Origin: Octopus sinensis
Taxonomy: Eukaryota
Length of the DNA: 64,000 nucleotides
Direction of reading: 5' to 3'
Assembly: GCF_006345805.1 (NCBI RefSeq)
Contig: NC_042998.1
Coordinates: forward strand, 125,860,001-125,924,000
In this document: positions 1 to 13,222 of the stretch, piece after piece
Numbering within the stretch: the first letter of the stretch is position 1
How the letters are laid out: each line of letters starts with the position of its first letter
Program-made: the position numbers and the translations under genes
Notes under the pieces: model-generated
The model's input: only the letters and a program-made list of their open reading frames with translations
Database searches by the model: none
Told to the model about the DNA's origin: nothing

Positions 1-40
<40 letters not shown>
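1..40. repeat. (TAT)n microsatellite; 3' tail/target of the R4/Dong-like copy A
   Basis: Pure TAT repeat directly abutting the 3' UTR of the minus-strand element. Confidence 0.95.
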
Positions 41-1831
41 GCCTTTGCACAGTTTCTAACGCTATAGATGTACTGCGGTGTCAGCTGCTCACTACCAGTG
101 AACTAAGGTAACACCTCTTATTTTTCGAGCACCTTCCAGAGTATTCGGGCGGTTCCAAGCACTACTGTTTTCTGCAAGTGCTCCACCATAATTGCAGCCC
201 CTATTTGTTCCACGTACTTCTCGAGATTTTTGCTCACTGTCCCCAGGGCTCTGACAATTATTGGTACTACTGCTACCTTTTTCATCGACCACAACTGATT
301 AACTTCCCAAGCTAGCCTTTCTTTCTTCTCTATCGCATACCTTGTTGTCAGCTGGGCATGCTATATCTATGATCCAGCACAGTTTGTTTTCTTTCTCAAT
401 TAAGACTATGACTGGCTTCCTATTCTATATCTCATGGTCGCACTGAACCATAAAATGCCATAGAATCTTTGCATTTCTATTTTCGACGATGCCTTCAGGT
501 TTGCGGTCGTACCAATTTTTCCTCTATCAAGTCCATACTTGTTGCCAAGTGTCCAATGGACAAGCCTGGCTATATTGTCGTGGCGTCTCTTATATTCCTT
601 CTGGGCTAGTGGCGTATATTGGCTGGTAATATGCCATACGGTTTCACCATTTTGTCCACAGATTCTGCACTTTCTGCTGTGTTGTTTATTCTGTATTTTA
701 CAGAGTTTATTCTTAGTGCTTGCTCTTGAGCAGCACAGATTAGAGCCTCCGTTTCCGGTTTTAAATCACTTTTAGTCATCCACAGCCATCTTTTTTCCCT
801 GTCTGTCTTATCTTCAACATCCCTATGAAATTGTCCATGCATTCTTTTCTTTACCCACCTATTTTCAGTTTCATTCGTTTTCAATTTCTTGCACAGTGCT
901 TTATGTTTGCAACCTTTCATCCTACAAAAGCCTGACCTTCTAGTAATTGCCGTTCTGTGGCATTTTTACATACCATGCTATGCTGTTTTCTTCTGCTCTA
1001 ATGCTGTGTTCGCATCCAATAAGTCTTCTTCCTCTTCTTTTTCTTGGTACATACAGTCTGTGTGTGTCACTCTCTTCAAGACTAACACTCCACATTTTCT
1101 CAGTATACACCGTATCAACGCGGGAACTGACTTGGGCTTCATCTTTACCATAAAATTTGAAGTCATCCATGAATAAAAAATGGTTGACTTTTGTTGGCGG
1201 TCTTTGAATACATACCCAGCTTTTGCTTTCCTCAAAATCAATGTTAGTGGTATCAAGCACAGTACAAAGATCAGTGGGGACAGGCAGTTCCCTTGGAAGA
1301 TGCCCCCCACCACTAATTTCTACTGTCACTAAACTTCTTCCGTATGCTATCAGGTTCGTCCTCCAATTCGCCATACTTTTTCCAAGCAATCGCTCAACAT
1401 TCGATGCGATACCAAATAGGTTCATACATTCCATAATCCAAGAATGTGGGATCATATCGTGCGCCCTCCAATTCGCCATACTTTTTCCAAGCAATCGCTC
1501 GACATTCGATGCGATACCAGATAGGTTCATGCATTCCATAATCCAAGAATGTGGGATCATATCGTACGCCGTACGATAGTCGATCCATGACATGGCTAAG
1601 TTACTTTTCCTCTTCTTCCAGTCTCTGAGTACAGTTTTGTCTATCAGGAGCTGATCCTTGGTACTTCTGCACTTATGCTTGGAACCTTTCTGCTCACGTG
1701 GCAGGACTCCATTTTTTTCTAGATGTTCGTACATTGACTCTGCGAGTATTCCAGTCAATAACTTCCACATAAGTGGTAAACAGGATATCGGCCTGTAATT
1801 GTCTACCGCATTTCCTTTTCCGATGTTTTTC
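41..1831 (-). mobile_element. R4/Dong-like (RLE) non-LTR retrotransposon, 5'-truncated and frameshifted (copy A)
   Basis: ORF 940-1833 has RT motifs [23 protein letters not shown] and [13 protein letters not shown]; 978-1313 has [11 protein letters not shown]; 606-920 is the post-RT region (WLWMTKSDLKPETEALICAAQEQAL). The RLE C-terminus lies near 100-500. Confidence 0.9.
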
Positions 1832-1879
1832 AAAAAAAAATTGATAAAAAATTACTTTTATTATTATTATTATTATTAC

Positions 1880-2428
1880 TTTTTTTTTCTTCTTTCAAAT
1901 TTGCTTCCATTTCTTGCCGAGTGTCTTCCCGACTCTTAGGGCAAAGAAACTCATAGTATACATTGGTAGGCCATTAAACCAAACTCAATAGTTCGTTCAT
2001 TTTTTTTTTTTTTAAGTTAAATTAAAATACATGAGCAGCAACAGTTCTCACATCGATAATGCTCTTCTCAATACGTGTGATGTACCAGTTAAGACAATCT
2101 TTTGCACTTCTTGCAGGGATGGTAAGCCAGGGATCATTCTCATATAATTTTCGGTTCCCTTCTTGATCATTCCTAGTGCTCCTACGATCACTGGTATTGT
2201 AACCGCCTTGAGATGCCACATTTTCTCAATTTCAATGAGTAGGTCTTTATATTTTCTGAGCTTGTCAAACTCTTTCGCTGAGATATTATGATCACAGGGG
2301 ATGCTCATGTCGATCAATAAGCAAACTTTATTGTTTTGGTCTTTCACAACAATATCTGGTTTATTGGCCTTGATGGTTCGGTCTGTATGTACTGGAAAGT
2401 CCCACAGAATGGTTACATTTTCTCCTTC
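1880..2428 (-). mobile_element. R4/Dong-like 3' fragment: RLE domain plus 3' UTR (copy B)
   Basis: ORF 2048-2347 reads VCLLIDMSIPCD...IPVIVGALGMI...QKIVLTGTSHVLRRALSM*. (TTA)n tracts flank it at 1857-1878 and 2429-2464. Confidence 0.88.
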
Positions 2429-2464
<36 letters not shown>

Positions 2465-2465
<1 letters not shown>

Positions 2466-2748
2466 TCTCTATATCACAGGTTTTGCTGGAGCTCCTGGAG
2501 TCTTGCATGCTACCTGCAGCCTACGGTACCATGCTATCCGTTCTTTTGAGCTATCTAATATTTTCTTGATTATTCTGGCCGTGCCAAGGAGGCAAACCTT
2601 TTGTAACAGTTCTACTGGGCACTCTATTTCAATTTCCTTTATATTCCCCTTGGTGCTTTCTGATACTGTTCCCAAGGACCCAACAATAATTGGCACTATC
2701 TTCATTTTCCATAACCGGGTTATTTCGTACTTAAGAGGATTGTATTTT
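2465..2748 (-). mobile_element. R4/Dong-like short 3' fragment (copy C)
   Basis: ORF 2469-2705 reads KIVPIIVGSLGTV...LLQKVCLLGTARII; ATT/GTT tracts on both sides. Confidence 0.85.
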
Positions 2749-2790
2749 TTATTATTATTATTATTGTTGTTGTTGTTGTTGTTGTTGTTA

Positions 2791-2977
2791 TCTCTTTATA
2801 ACAGGTTTTGTTGGAGCTCCTGGATTTTGCATGAGTAGCAGGCTTACTACCTTCAGCCTACGATACCATGCTATTCGTTCTTTTCAGTTATCTGATACTT
2901 TCCTGATTATTCTGACCGTGCCAAGGACGCAAACTTTTTGTAACAGTTTTGCTGGGCGCTCTATTCTTATTTCCATT
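2791..2977 (-). mobile_element. R4/Dong-like short 3' fragment (copy D, same subfamily as C and F)
   Basis: Nucleotide similarity to 2465-2630; ORF 2884-3075 ends LLQKVCVLGTVRIIRKVSDN. Confidence 0.85.
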
Positions 2978-2987
2978 ATTTTTTTTT

Positions 2988-3325
2988 CATATACACTCAA
3001 CAGATTAGACTGTTGGAAAAGAAAAAATCCTAATATCGGGCTACAAGTAACCTTAGATGCCAAGAACCCTCCCAAGTATCCTAGCTGTCCCTAATAACAC
3101 TGTTTTCTGCAGCTGTACTAAACTGGGTTTTCTGCCTATTTCCTCTATCCATCTGTTCAGATCTTTAGGAATAGTCCCCAATGCACCTATAACTACTGGG
3201 ATACATTTTACTCGTACTTTCCATAGTCTCTGTAATTCAATACCAAGGTCCTATTCTTTCTATACTTCACATAATTTTTTCATCATTGGGGACTGTAAAG
3301 TCAATTATCTGGCAGTTTCTATTCT

Positions 3326-3401
<76 letters not shown>

Positions 3402-5985
3402 AGGCCTTCTAGCTTCTTTATTCTGTCAGTCTGAATGTTGAAGTCCCACAACATCTTATATTTTTTATTTTCTAGTACTTTACTAGGTTCATGTTCATAC
3501 CATTTATCAGTATGTTCAAATCCTAGCTTTCTACATAGTTCCAGTGGATTACTCTCCCTAGATTGTCATGTATTTTCTTCTATTCTTTCTGTGCCAACAT
3601 TTACATTCACTTACTATGTAACTCTTTCTTCTTTTGATTTGCATAATCTACATTGGAAATTTACTTGGTCTTTGTCTATTTTCACTTTTATCCAATTAAT
3701 TCTTAATGCTTGATCTTGTGCCGCTACAAACACATTTTCTGTCTCCCTCTTCAGCTTTCCTTTCTGCAACCATAACCATAACCAATTGCTGCAACTATCT
3801 TTGGGAATCTACCATGCCTTCTCCTGCCAGTCAGATAATTTCTGTTCTTTTTTCTGGTTTTTAACTTCGTTTGGGTTTTTGGTTTCCCTACGTCTTGCTA
3901 TAACTCTAGCAGCTTTTAATAAACTGTTTCACTGTTACCTATAGGAGTCTATATTTACTCTAGCTAACTCCGCGCAGTCTTCTACTGATATTAACCCTCT
4001 TCCGCTTTCCTTTCTAGTTAGGTATAGTCTTGCTACTCCAGCACTTGTGTGGAGTCTGTCATTCGTATTGAATTCTTTCCTGGTTCTTCTGTCTAGCTTT
4101 GCTAATTCACTTTTTGTCCAATCGTCAAAAGCTGCTGAGTATCTACAGCCTTCACTAGATTCGTATTTACAGCCTTCACTAGATTCGGACCATTTAGCTT
4201 TGACTTCATTAGCTTCCTCACCCTCCTGATGTACTCCTTCTCAATTTTCGTTTTAATTTTTGTTGTTAGTACTCTGTCAGATTCTAATACTCCTAGATAC
4301 TTATAACTCTCTCTTCCTTTCAATGATTTTAATGTCTGACCGCCTGGTAATTGGATGCCTTCGCTGTTGACTACATGTTCCCTTCCCATGGCTAATATTG
4401 CACACGTATCTATGCCAAATTCCATGTCTGTATCTTTGCTGCTACTCCATACATTTCCATTATTCTTATTATCCAGGAGTGTGGTATCATATCGTATGCT
4501 TTACAATAGTCAACCCATGCCATGATCAGGTTTGTGTGTCTTCCCTTGCAGTTCTTGATAATTAGATTATCAATTAAGAGCTAATCTTTCGTCCCCTGGC
4601 TTCTCTGTTGGTACCCGTTCTGTTCAATGGGCAGCAGCCTACTTCTTTCCAAGTATCTATACAGGTCACCGGCCAAAGCACCTGACATTAGTTTCCACAT
4701 TAGTGGAAGGCGCTTTATTGGTCTAAAGTTGGATGCAACATTTCTCTTTTCAGGATCCTTGACACACAACGTCTTTCCCTTTGTCATCCAGCTGAGTACT
4801 GCGCCTTCCTGCAAGCACTCATCTAGCTGTTGCGCTATCCTTTCATGGTACCCTCTCAGCTTCTTCATTCAATAACCTTGGACCCCATCCGGTCCTAAGC
4901 ACTTACGAGTTGGGAATTTTCTTAACTGCTTTTTTAAAAATTCATTTCTGTAGTTATTTTTATGTCTTCTTGACCTTCTATATTTCTTAAGCTATCTTGG
5001 ATTTCATGCAACCACTCCACTTCATCATTATGCTCTACAGACTGGTCCCAGATCCCTTTCCAGAATGTCCTACTTTCCTCTGCGCCTGGTATTATTGTTA
5101 CGTGTAACTGCCCATCTAGTTCCTGTAACAGCTTCTTCTCATTTGCTTCAAACAATCTTTTTTGCCTGAGTTGTTATGTTCTATTGTCATATTTTTCCGG
5201 TTTTGCTTTGATTGCTGCGACTCTTTGTTTCAATTCTTTCAATATCACATCATACCCTTTACCTCTTAATCTATATGTTCTTTCCAGCATTATTCTTATA
5301 CCTTCGTTCTGCAATTCCCCAATTCTTATTCTATCAACTTGTTCTAAATGACTTTTTAATTCTGTTTCTCACAATTCGACTACGTATCCAACTCTATCTA
5401 CAGCAACCATAACTGCAGCCCAAATAATCCTATTAGTTTCAGTTATATTTCTCGTCTGGAATATCGCAAGAACCGAATCTATCTTTCCGGTTTCAACTTT
5501 GAGCTTGCGTCGATCAATGTGCCTCAGATTAGGGCGGGGGGTATTTGATCCTGGTCATTTCTCTTTTCTCACTGGGCACGTTATCTGTTGGGGAAGTTTT
5601 ATTTCTATTTTCTACTTTCCTTTTTATCTCCTCAATTTCCATGTCTGTTGGCCACCCTTTTGCTTTTATTGCTCTTGCCAGGTCGGCTAACTGTTGCTCA
5701 CTTATTTCGAAGAGTCCTATTTCATTCCATTTTGCTTTCATTCGTAGTCGGAATCCCTTCTACTAAGGTTTACTCCTGATCCAGCATTCAATTACCGTTC
5801 GGTTTGCCTCCTTATCCCACCTTCTTCTCTGCCTCTAGCTTTGTGTACAAGCAGTCTCTGGGTGACAACTCGGCCTGCGCTGCTCAATCACAGGGCACCT
5901 GCCGGACGAAAAGCTTTCACCTTTGGTTCCAGCCTCATTAACACTGTTATTTGATACATTTGTATTAGACATTTTCACTCAACAA
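2988..5985 (-). mobile_element. Near full-length, degenerate R4/Dong-like element (copy E)
   Basis: Colinear ORF pieces: N-terminus (MKAKWNEIGLFEISEQQLAD, 5529-5741), pre-RT (FWKGIWDQSVEHN), RT (NFRPIKRLPLMWKL; MEFGIDTCA...YKYLGVLE) and RLE (LWDFNIQTD...IIDFTVPND...IPVVIGALGTI). The middle of RT is deleted near 4440. Confidence 0.9.
3327..3401. repeat. (TAC)25 microsatellite inside the RLE coding region of copy E
   Basis: 75-bp pure repeat; the minus strand reads RRP-(V)25-ENRNCQIIDF. Confidence 0.95.
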
Positions 5986-6035
5986 TGAGGTTTGTACTTT
6001 AAGATTAGCCACCAACCAGTATTTTTATCGAGACT

Positions 6036-6385
<350 letters not shown>

Positions 6386-6387
<2 letters not shown>

Positions 6388-6749
6388 TTATGTTTGACTT
6401 TTGCTTTACATTTGTACAAGTTGGCTCCAAGTCTCACCCACAGACCTCAAGATACAACAAGTTGGAAATTCATGTTGGTGTTATGCCTAGGGTGCCATAT
6501 ATTTGGCTTTGTGCATAGTGTTGTTCTAGAGAATGTTTAAGAAACCATAAGAACATTATGTTTGTTTTAAAACTTGAGATTACATAGAAAGTATTTTGCG
6601 TAGGATATGAGCAGTTCCCATGAGCACTATCTTTTGAATTTCTGCCATTTTGGGGTTTCCTGGTATCTGAGCTATCAGATACCAGGAAACAATCAGCCCC
6701 TTTTGCTATCATTCCCAGGGCACCTATGACAACAGGTATTGTTTTAATC

Positions 6750-6750
<1 letters not shown>
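6386..6750 (-). mobile_element. R4/Dong-like 3' fragment (copy G, B-like subfamily)
   Basis: Minus strand gives KTIPVVIGALGMIAKGAD and, after a frameshift, QKIVLMGTAHILRKILSM*. (ATT)n on both sides. Confidence 0.82.
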
Positions 6751-6790
<40 letters not shown>

Positions 6791-7699
6791 GGATGTGACG
6801 AAAGATTTCTGACAAAGGATGCTAAAATAAGAGTAATAATAATAAAGATGAAGTGAAGACCATTCGCAAAAAAAAAAAAAAGTGATCATCTCCAAATATA
6901 TCAATCTCTGTTTCAACACACGATTTCACACCAGGAATCTTACAAAACAAATACATATACGTAAATCAAAACACTGATGTCTGATTAAATCAGCAGCACA
7001 AGAGCAAATACAAAACAATTGTCTCCGTGCTTAGTCAAGTATATGGATAGCAAGGCCGAAGGGTTGATCATTTTACTGATAGCACAGTTGCCGAAAGTAA
7101 TTTAATCCCACTATTGCTTCTTAATGACTCATAAAATTCGATAGATTATGAGTGATTCAACAGGCAAGATTTCTTTAATTAATTAGTTTATTTTACTTAT
7201 CAATTCATTTTAATTTTCTTTCTCTCTTTTTTCTTTCTTTCCTTTCTTTCTTTTTCTTTCTTTCTTTCTTTTGCTCTTTTTGCAGATGTCGATTATCCAG
7301 ATCTGCTTTGGTTAAAGTGTACCTACGATTATGACATCCGAGACATGACAATCCATCTTTTAAGAAATGCGTCATTTTTTAAAAATCATTGAACTATCCT
7401 AAGTTTCCTTTCAGTTCACACGATAGTAGGATGTGATTTGATTGAAATTTAAATGCTATTTCTAGCAAAAATGAGTGATCGTATAGAAGCTCCCCGACTG
7501 ACAAAAGTTCAATGACTTAGAGTAAAACTCTAGAAAAGATACTTCCGTGTTTATATCAAGGCGTGTTCAGAGCCGATTTCAGTTATATCACTTTTGTTTA
7601 AACTTTTAGTCAGGAGATAAAATAGTGCCCATGATTCTGTGTTGAAAGAGAAAACACCCTATTATCCCCCTATTACATTACATTTAATGTCTTCAACAT

Positions 7700-8620
7700 G
7701 CCTCAGCAAGGAAATATTTAAAGAAATATCATCATAGAGACGGGGAAATTCTCATGAGATGACGTAAAAACTTCTCAAATGGTTTAAATAAACAAATAAC
7801 TAAAAGCAAAGGAACCAATTGAAAATGTCACGCTTAGAAACAGAAAGTAACCGGAAGAATTCCTATGAAAATGAGTGAAACAGTAAAGAAAATTTGGTTG
7901 TAGATAACATAGCTACCAACACAAAAGAAACAAACCCTATGCATCAGAAAATAGGACCATTGTTTGAAGAAAGAGGATCACACATATCAAGTGGGTGAAA
8001 TGCTCAATGAACAATTCAGTAATATGCTAACAATCTTAATATCACATAAACAAACAGATGAATCAACAGTTTTTCAACACTGCAACTTTCCTTGGTGAAG
8101 CTGGAACTGTCAGTTGCATAGACTATAAACTTAGTACCAGACGCGAATGTTTGCAAGTAATTTTCCGAAAAACATGTGAAGAAAAATATCCCAAGTAAAT
8201 ACTTCAGCTACTTTTTCACAACTTCTGGAAAGTGCTAAAATTCCACGAAATTTGAAATAGATAAGTTCCGGTCCAAACCTAGTTCTCTGGCTTCAGATAT
8301 CAGTAAAGTTATCGAACGAGTTATCAGGGAGAAATTGATTCACTTCCAAAAGAAAAATAACTTGCTATGTGGTACCGCAAATGGCTTCCGTGCATGAAGA
8401 GGCTACCTCATACAGTTGCTGGAATATTTTGATAGGAATCTAAAGCAACAACTCAACTGACTAAATGTAGATGTAGTATGACTTCCGGTATAGTTGATTA
8501 CAGGACAATATGCCATAAACTTCATGACCACGGTATATCAGTACAGAGCTTTAACTGGGATATCAGCTGCTTGCAGAAAAAGTTCAAGGGTAAAGAGTCA
8601 AAAAGGTTCAAGGAACAGGA
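7700..8620 (+). mobile_element. Degenerate CR1/L2-type LINE RT remnant
   Basis: By-eye translation near 8300-8520: SKVIERVIREKL...NGFRA*RGYLIQLLEYFDRNLKQ...NVDVV, with many stops. Confidence 0.6.
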
Positions 8621-8714
8621 AGACCACCTGTAGTGTGAGTTAGCAGCATTTAAATAATGAATCAGGACGAGGACAAACAGTGTCAATTAGCAAAGGAGCG
8701 GTGTTCGAGGTTTA

Positions 8715-8930
8715 ATCTTATGCTGATGTAAATTTCCAGGAAAGGAAAGCAAAATCAGTCTTTGATAAATTGCTATCTGGCAAGAAAAGAAAAAGTACTA
8801 AGGAAGACATAGCAACATTCTTTAAAGTTGGTGAAAAGGTGTATATGATGACATACAAGAGTGGAAAGCAGAGTTGGGAAGATGGCGTAATTACCAAATG
8901 CATAGGTAAAATGATGTATCGGGTGATTCT
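8715..8930 (+). mobile_element. Gypsy LTR-retrotransposon integrase C-terminal remnant
   Basis: KAKSVFDKLL...FKVGEKVYMMTYKSGKQSWEDGVITKCIGKMMY resembles the integrase C-terminal region. Confidence 0.55.
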
Positions 8931-9149
8931 GTCAGTTCGCCGCCTTCGAATATCTTAATATTGAAATGTATATTTTTACCATTGTATTAAATCTAAAACT
9001 TCAAGGACAAGTGGAAATCACCAGTACCAGGTGGGGCTGTTTTACAGAGTACCATTGTGCTGCATGACGAACTATCTGCAGGCCAATGAAGAAGAATGTG
9101 AATAAAAAGAGCGCAAAGGTACGCTGAAGCAATCCTATGGCACTACAAA

Positions 9150-9420
9150 GACTATGACCTTCAATCCGAGATTTGGCGACATACCAGTCACCAACCTTTT
9201 TCCTCCTTCGAGAACGCACTCAGAGATAACCTTGAGGTGAAAAAGGAAATTGTGGAAGAACTGTGACATTGTAGTATCAAAATCCAAATTAGAATTTCTC
9301 TTGTCGTACAGTCAAGTCTAACCTGTCCTTTAACGGCCTCTTCAGCTACGTGCGAGTTTCCAATCAACGTGAATAGCTCCTCGCTCAATGGATCTTCGTT
9401 TACGAAGCCAAGCCATAATA
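9150..9420 (-). mobile_element. Possible Tx1/L1-type LINE 3' remnant
   Basis: Weak translated similarity to 38870-39240 (…CTTR…FFHNFLFHLK…). Confidence 0.3.
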
Positions 9421-9984
9421 TGATAGCTATAAATGGAACCTCAAAAATAATTCCATTTAGTGAAAGTTTATTTGCATAATTCCATAATCAGATAAGCCGC
9501 AGGTATTAAATGGGTTCTTAAGGGACTCTATCTTCATTTTGGTTATAGAACTGATGTGTCTATGCACCGGACTAGTAATTTTGCAACTTCAAAATGATAC
9601 TGTTTTCCCTGTTTAGCTCCAAGTGAACCCTGGTCGAATACGCCTGTTATCAAAAGCACTCCAATCGTGAAAACTGTATTCTTCTCATTTTTGTTTTGAA
9701 ACGGCTGCTATTTCTGTAAAGAAGTTCCCTTGTCGGTTTGGCTAAGTCCGGTGAAAAGGGCGTGGCAATATTCTCTCATTGAGATCCACCGTCACACATG
9801 CCCGCCACTAGCCATCTATTGAATGCGACATTAAGACTGGTTGTTGAACCAACTGCGTTGCTCATTTAGTAAAATGACAACCCTCCAGGTGGCAGGCGCC
9901 ATTCCTCCTCCCGCCTCCGTTTGACATAAGACAACTCGCTCAAACTGATCAGCTGAAAGAAAGTACTTTCACTCTTGTTTTGAT

Positions 9985-10480
9985 AACGATCATACACGCA
10001 TGCCTACACACATACACACATACTGACACACAGAAACACACACACACACACACAGATATGCGCGCATACATGCGCTCGCGCATACATGCGCTCGCGCACA
10101 CATACGCACATAAGCACACACACACACACATACACAGATATACACACACAGATATATACACACACATACACAAGTACAAATCTGTCTCTCTTTCCCTCTC
10201 TACATGTCTCCAAGTTTCTTGCTCTCTCTTTCTCCGTTTCTCTATGTATGTATGTATGTATGTATGTATGTATGTATGTATGTATGTATGTATGCACGCA
10301 CGTACGTATATATGTATGTAAATATGCATATATGTATGTATACATAGAGGAATGTGTATGCCTGAAATGTGCCGATACAGCAAACACATGCACACACACA
10401 CGCACACACACATGCACCCAGACATACACACGCCACCACCACACACATGTGTACGTACGTACGTATGTATACATGAACGG
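9985..10480. repeat. (CA)/(TATG) microsatellite mosaic
   Basis: Low-complexity tract; source of the HT/CV/MYV ORFs. Confidence 0.9.
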
Positions 10481-10551
10481 TCAACAAGAGAACGCAATTA
10501 TGAACTAATTTTTAAAGCGAACTTTCGTTCATTCATTATTCTAATTTACGT

Positions 10552-11140
10552 AAGGCGGCGAGCTGGCAGAAACGTATTTCGTCTGCCGTTACGTTCTGTG
10601 TTCAAATTCCGACGAGGTTGACTTTGCCTTTCATCCTTTCGGGGTCAATAAATTAAGTACCAGTTACGCACTGGGGTAGATGTAATCGACTTAATCCCTT
10701 TGTCTGTTTTTGTTTGTCCACTCTATGTTTAGCCCCTTGTGGCCAATAAAGTAATATGTATTTCGTCTGCCGCTATGTTCTGAGTTCAAATTCCGCCGAG
10801 GTGAACTTTGCCTTTCATCCTTTTCGGGGTCGATTAAATAAGTACTAGTTACGCACTGGGGTCGATATAATCGACTTAATCCGTTTGTCTATCCTTGTTT
10901 GTTCCCTCTGTGTATAGCCCTTTGTGGGCAGTAAAGAAATAAGAAATGTTAGCACGCTGGGCGAAATGCTTAGCGTTATTTCGTCTGTCTTTACATTCTG
11001 AGTTCGAATTCCGCCAAGGTCGACTTTGCTTTCATCCTTTCGGTGTCGATAAATTAAGTACCAGTCAAGTACTGGGGTCGATCTAATCAAGTTGCCCCCT
11101 TCCCAAAAACTTCGGGCCTTGTGCCTAGAGTAGAAAAAGT
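10552..11140 (+). mobile_element. tRNA-derived SINE (family S1), three tandem units
   Basis: Head aaggcggcgagctggcagaa, box-B-like gagttcaaattcc, and central domain gtcgactttgcctttcatcctttcggggtcgataaattaagtacc present three times. Confidence 0.85.
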
Positions 11141-11262
11141 TATTCTATTTTACGTTGCTTTATGGGAAGGGGAAAACACATAGATAGGGATGTGATGTAT
11201 TGAGAGATTATTTACTCCATAAAATATTTGATTATGTAGTGACAGCTGAGTATCATTGTATA

Positions 11263-11680
11263 CTCTTTTACTCTTTTACTCTTTTACTTGTTTCAGTCAT
11301 TTGACTGCGGCTATGCTGGAGCACCGCCTTTAGTCGAGCAACTCGACCCCGGGACTTATTCTTTTGTAAGCCCAGTACTTATTCTGTCGGTCTCTTTTGC
11401 CAAACCGCTAAGTGACGGGGACGTAAACACACCAGCATCGGTTGTCAAGCAATGCTTGGGGGACAAACACAGACACACAAACATATACACACACATACAT
11501 ATATATATACATATATACGACAGGCTTCTTTCAGTTTCCGTCTACCAAATCCACTCACAAGGCATTGGTCGGCCCGGGGCTATAGCAGAAGACACTTGCC
11601 CAAGATGCCACGCAGTGGGACTGAACCCGGAAACATGTGGTTGGTAAACAAGCTACTTACCACACAGCCACTCCTGCGCC
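11263..11680 (-). mobile_element. tRNA-derived CORE-like SINE (family S2) with internal (TA/CA) tract
   Basis: Reverse complement of 30632-31053; head ggcgcaggagtggctgtgtggtaag; core tcttgggcaagtgtcttc. Confidence 0.85.
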
Positions 11681-12562
11681 CGTATATGAAGAAAATTTTA
11701 CGATCTTAAGTGAATGAATGAAAATGTTATTTTCAGAGGATGATTGTGGACAATAAATGTTTAATGTGTTAAATTTCTTTTACATCCTGAATGTTACATG
11801 AATTTCATAGATATTACATCTTCACGTTTATTGTTCGAACTTATTTATAGTTGTATTTTATTTTTATTTTTCGATCACATCAAGTTTGTATATACTGAAC
11901 GTTTTACCATTAAGTTGGCATTTACTGGTTTTTCCCTCAAATTCGATATTATCAACTTCAATCTTGACAACGTCAACCTCAAATTCGTCAACGTCAGCTT
12001 CAATGTTGGTATCGTCGTCTCGATTATTTTGTCATCAGTCTCGATTTCGCTATCGTCAACTTAAATGCCATCACTGTAGGCTGGTTCCATATTTTTTTGT
12101 TTTTTTGTTTTTCTTTTAGCGGACATTGACATCAATAAATACATGTAAAATTTTAAAAGAATGTAAGCAGTGAAATGATTTGCGAAGTATTACAAGTTTT
12201 GTATAATATAAATTGTCGTACCTTAAATTACCGTAAAATATTGTTATAAATATTGAGTATGGGGTAAAAATGTAAATTTTTTTTTTTCTTTTGGAAATGA
12301 GCTTTCTTTTCATTTTTTTTAGTTGTTCTTCAACCATTCTGAAAATAAAATCAATTATTATGGGAGATCATTAAAACGGATTATTTATGGATTTGATAGA
12401 CTAGTATTTAGATTGCCGCGTGTACTCTACCCACGGTTGCACTGACATATGACACACAGACTCACATTCTATTAAGCATTAAAAATAGGTATTTATTCTG
12501 TTGCCCAGACAGACATGCATGCATACATCCATACACAGATACACGTGCACAGGCATACAGCA

Positions 12563-12610
<48 letters not shown>

Positions 12611-13139
12611 TTGGGTATTAATTATATAAATAATTACAAGAGAGACTTTTATAAATAAATACAGCATACGTTTACATCCACCCACATGAAAATATCTTTA
12701 CACGCGCAACTAGACACACAAAACTACATGTATGTACACGAAAATGTATGAAAATAAACAAAATATATAAACGATAATTAATATAAGTTATATGTTACAA
12801 ATTACGTGGGTTACTTTTACAAATTCTTTACACTCAAACCTTGGACACCCACATATGCTCCCGGCGGTTAAATAACCAAATACATGTCAGCTCACTACGT
12901 TCAAATATACTCTTATTTATGTTGTCACATATATAAATTATCTTACTAACTTACATATGCAAAGATACTGACATATATTTTATGATATTGAGACACCATT
13001 TTGTCTTACGTTAAAATCAGTACTTTTAAATATTTAATTTTGAAAGCATTTGAATGCTCTGTGTAGTATATATATATATATATTATAATATATATATATA
13101 TATAATATAATATATATATATAATATATTATATATATAT

Positions 13140-13211
<72 letters not shown>

Positions 13212-13222
13212 TATATATATAT

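Noticed and set aside
5800-5985. HDV-like ribozyme at the 5' end of Dong copy E
   Set aside because: Expected from R2/R4 biology, but I could not assemble the nested double pseudoknot by eye, and the region also reads as the N-terminal coding sequence.
7200-7400. Strong polypyrimidine tract plus tttgcag as a host-gene splice acceptor
   Set aside because: The downstream sequence runs into a repeat tail seen elsewhere (e.g. ~32540-32620) and has no recognisable protein or convincing partner exon.
9949-10621. Long HT/CV/MYV/YI ORFs here and throughout the window
   Set aside because: They are translations of (CA), (TA) and (TATG) microsatellites, not coding sequence.
10552-10640. tRNA genes in SINE heads (also 30632-30700 and 34158-34230)
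   Set aside because: Box A/B-like motifs are present but there is no complete cloverleaf; they are tRNA-derived SINE promoters.
11798-12064. 88-aa ORF and the acidic opposite-strand reading
   Set aside because: Low-complexity, with no domain similarity I recognise and no splice context.
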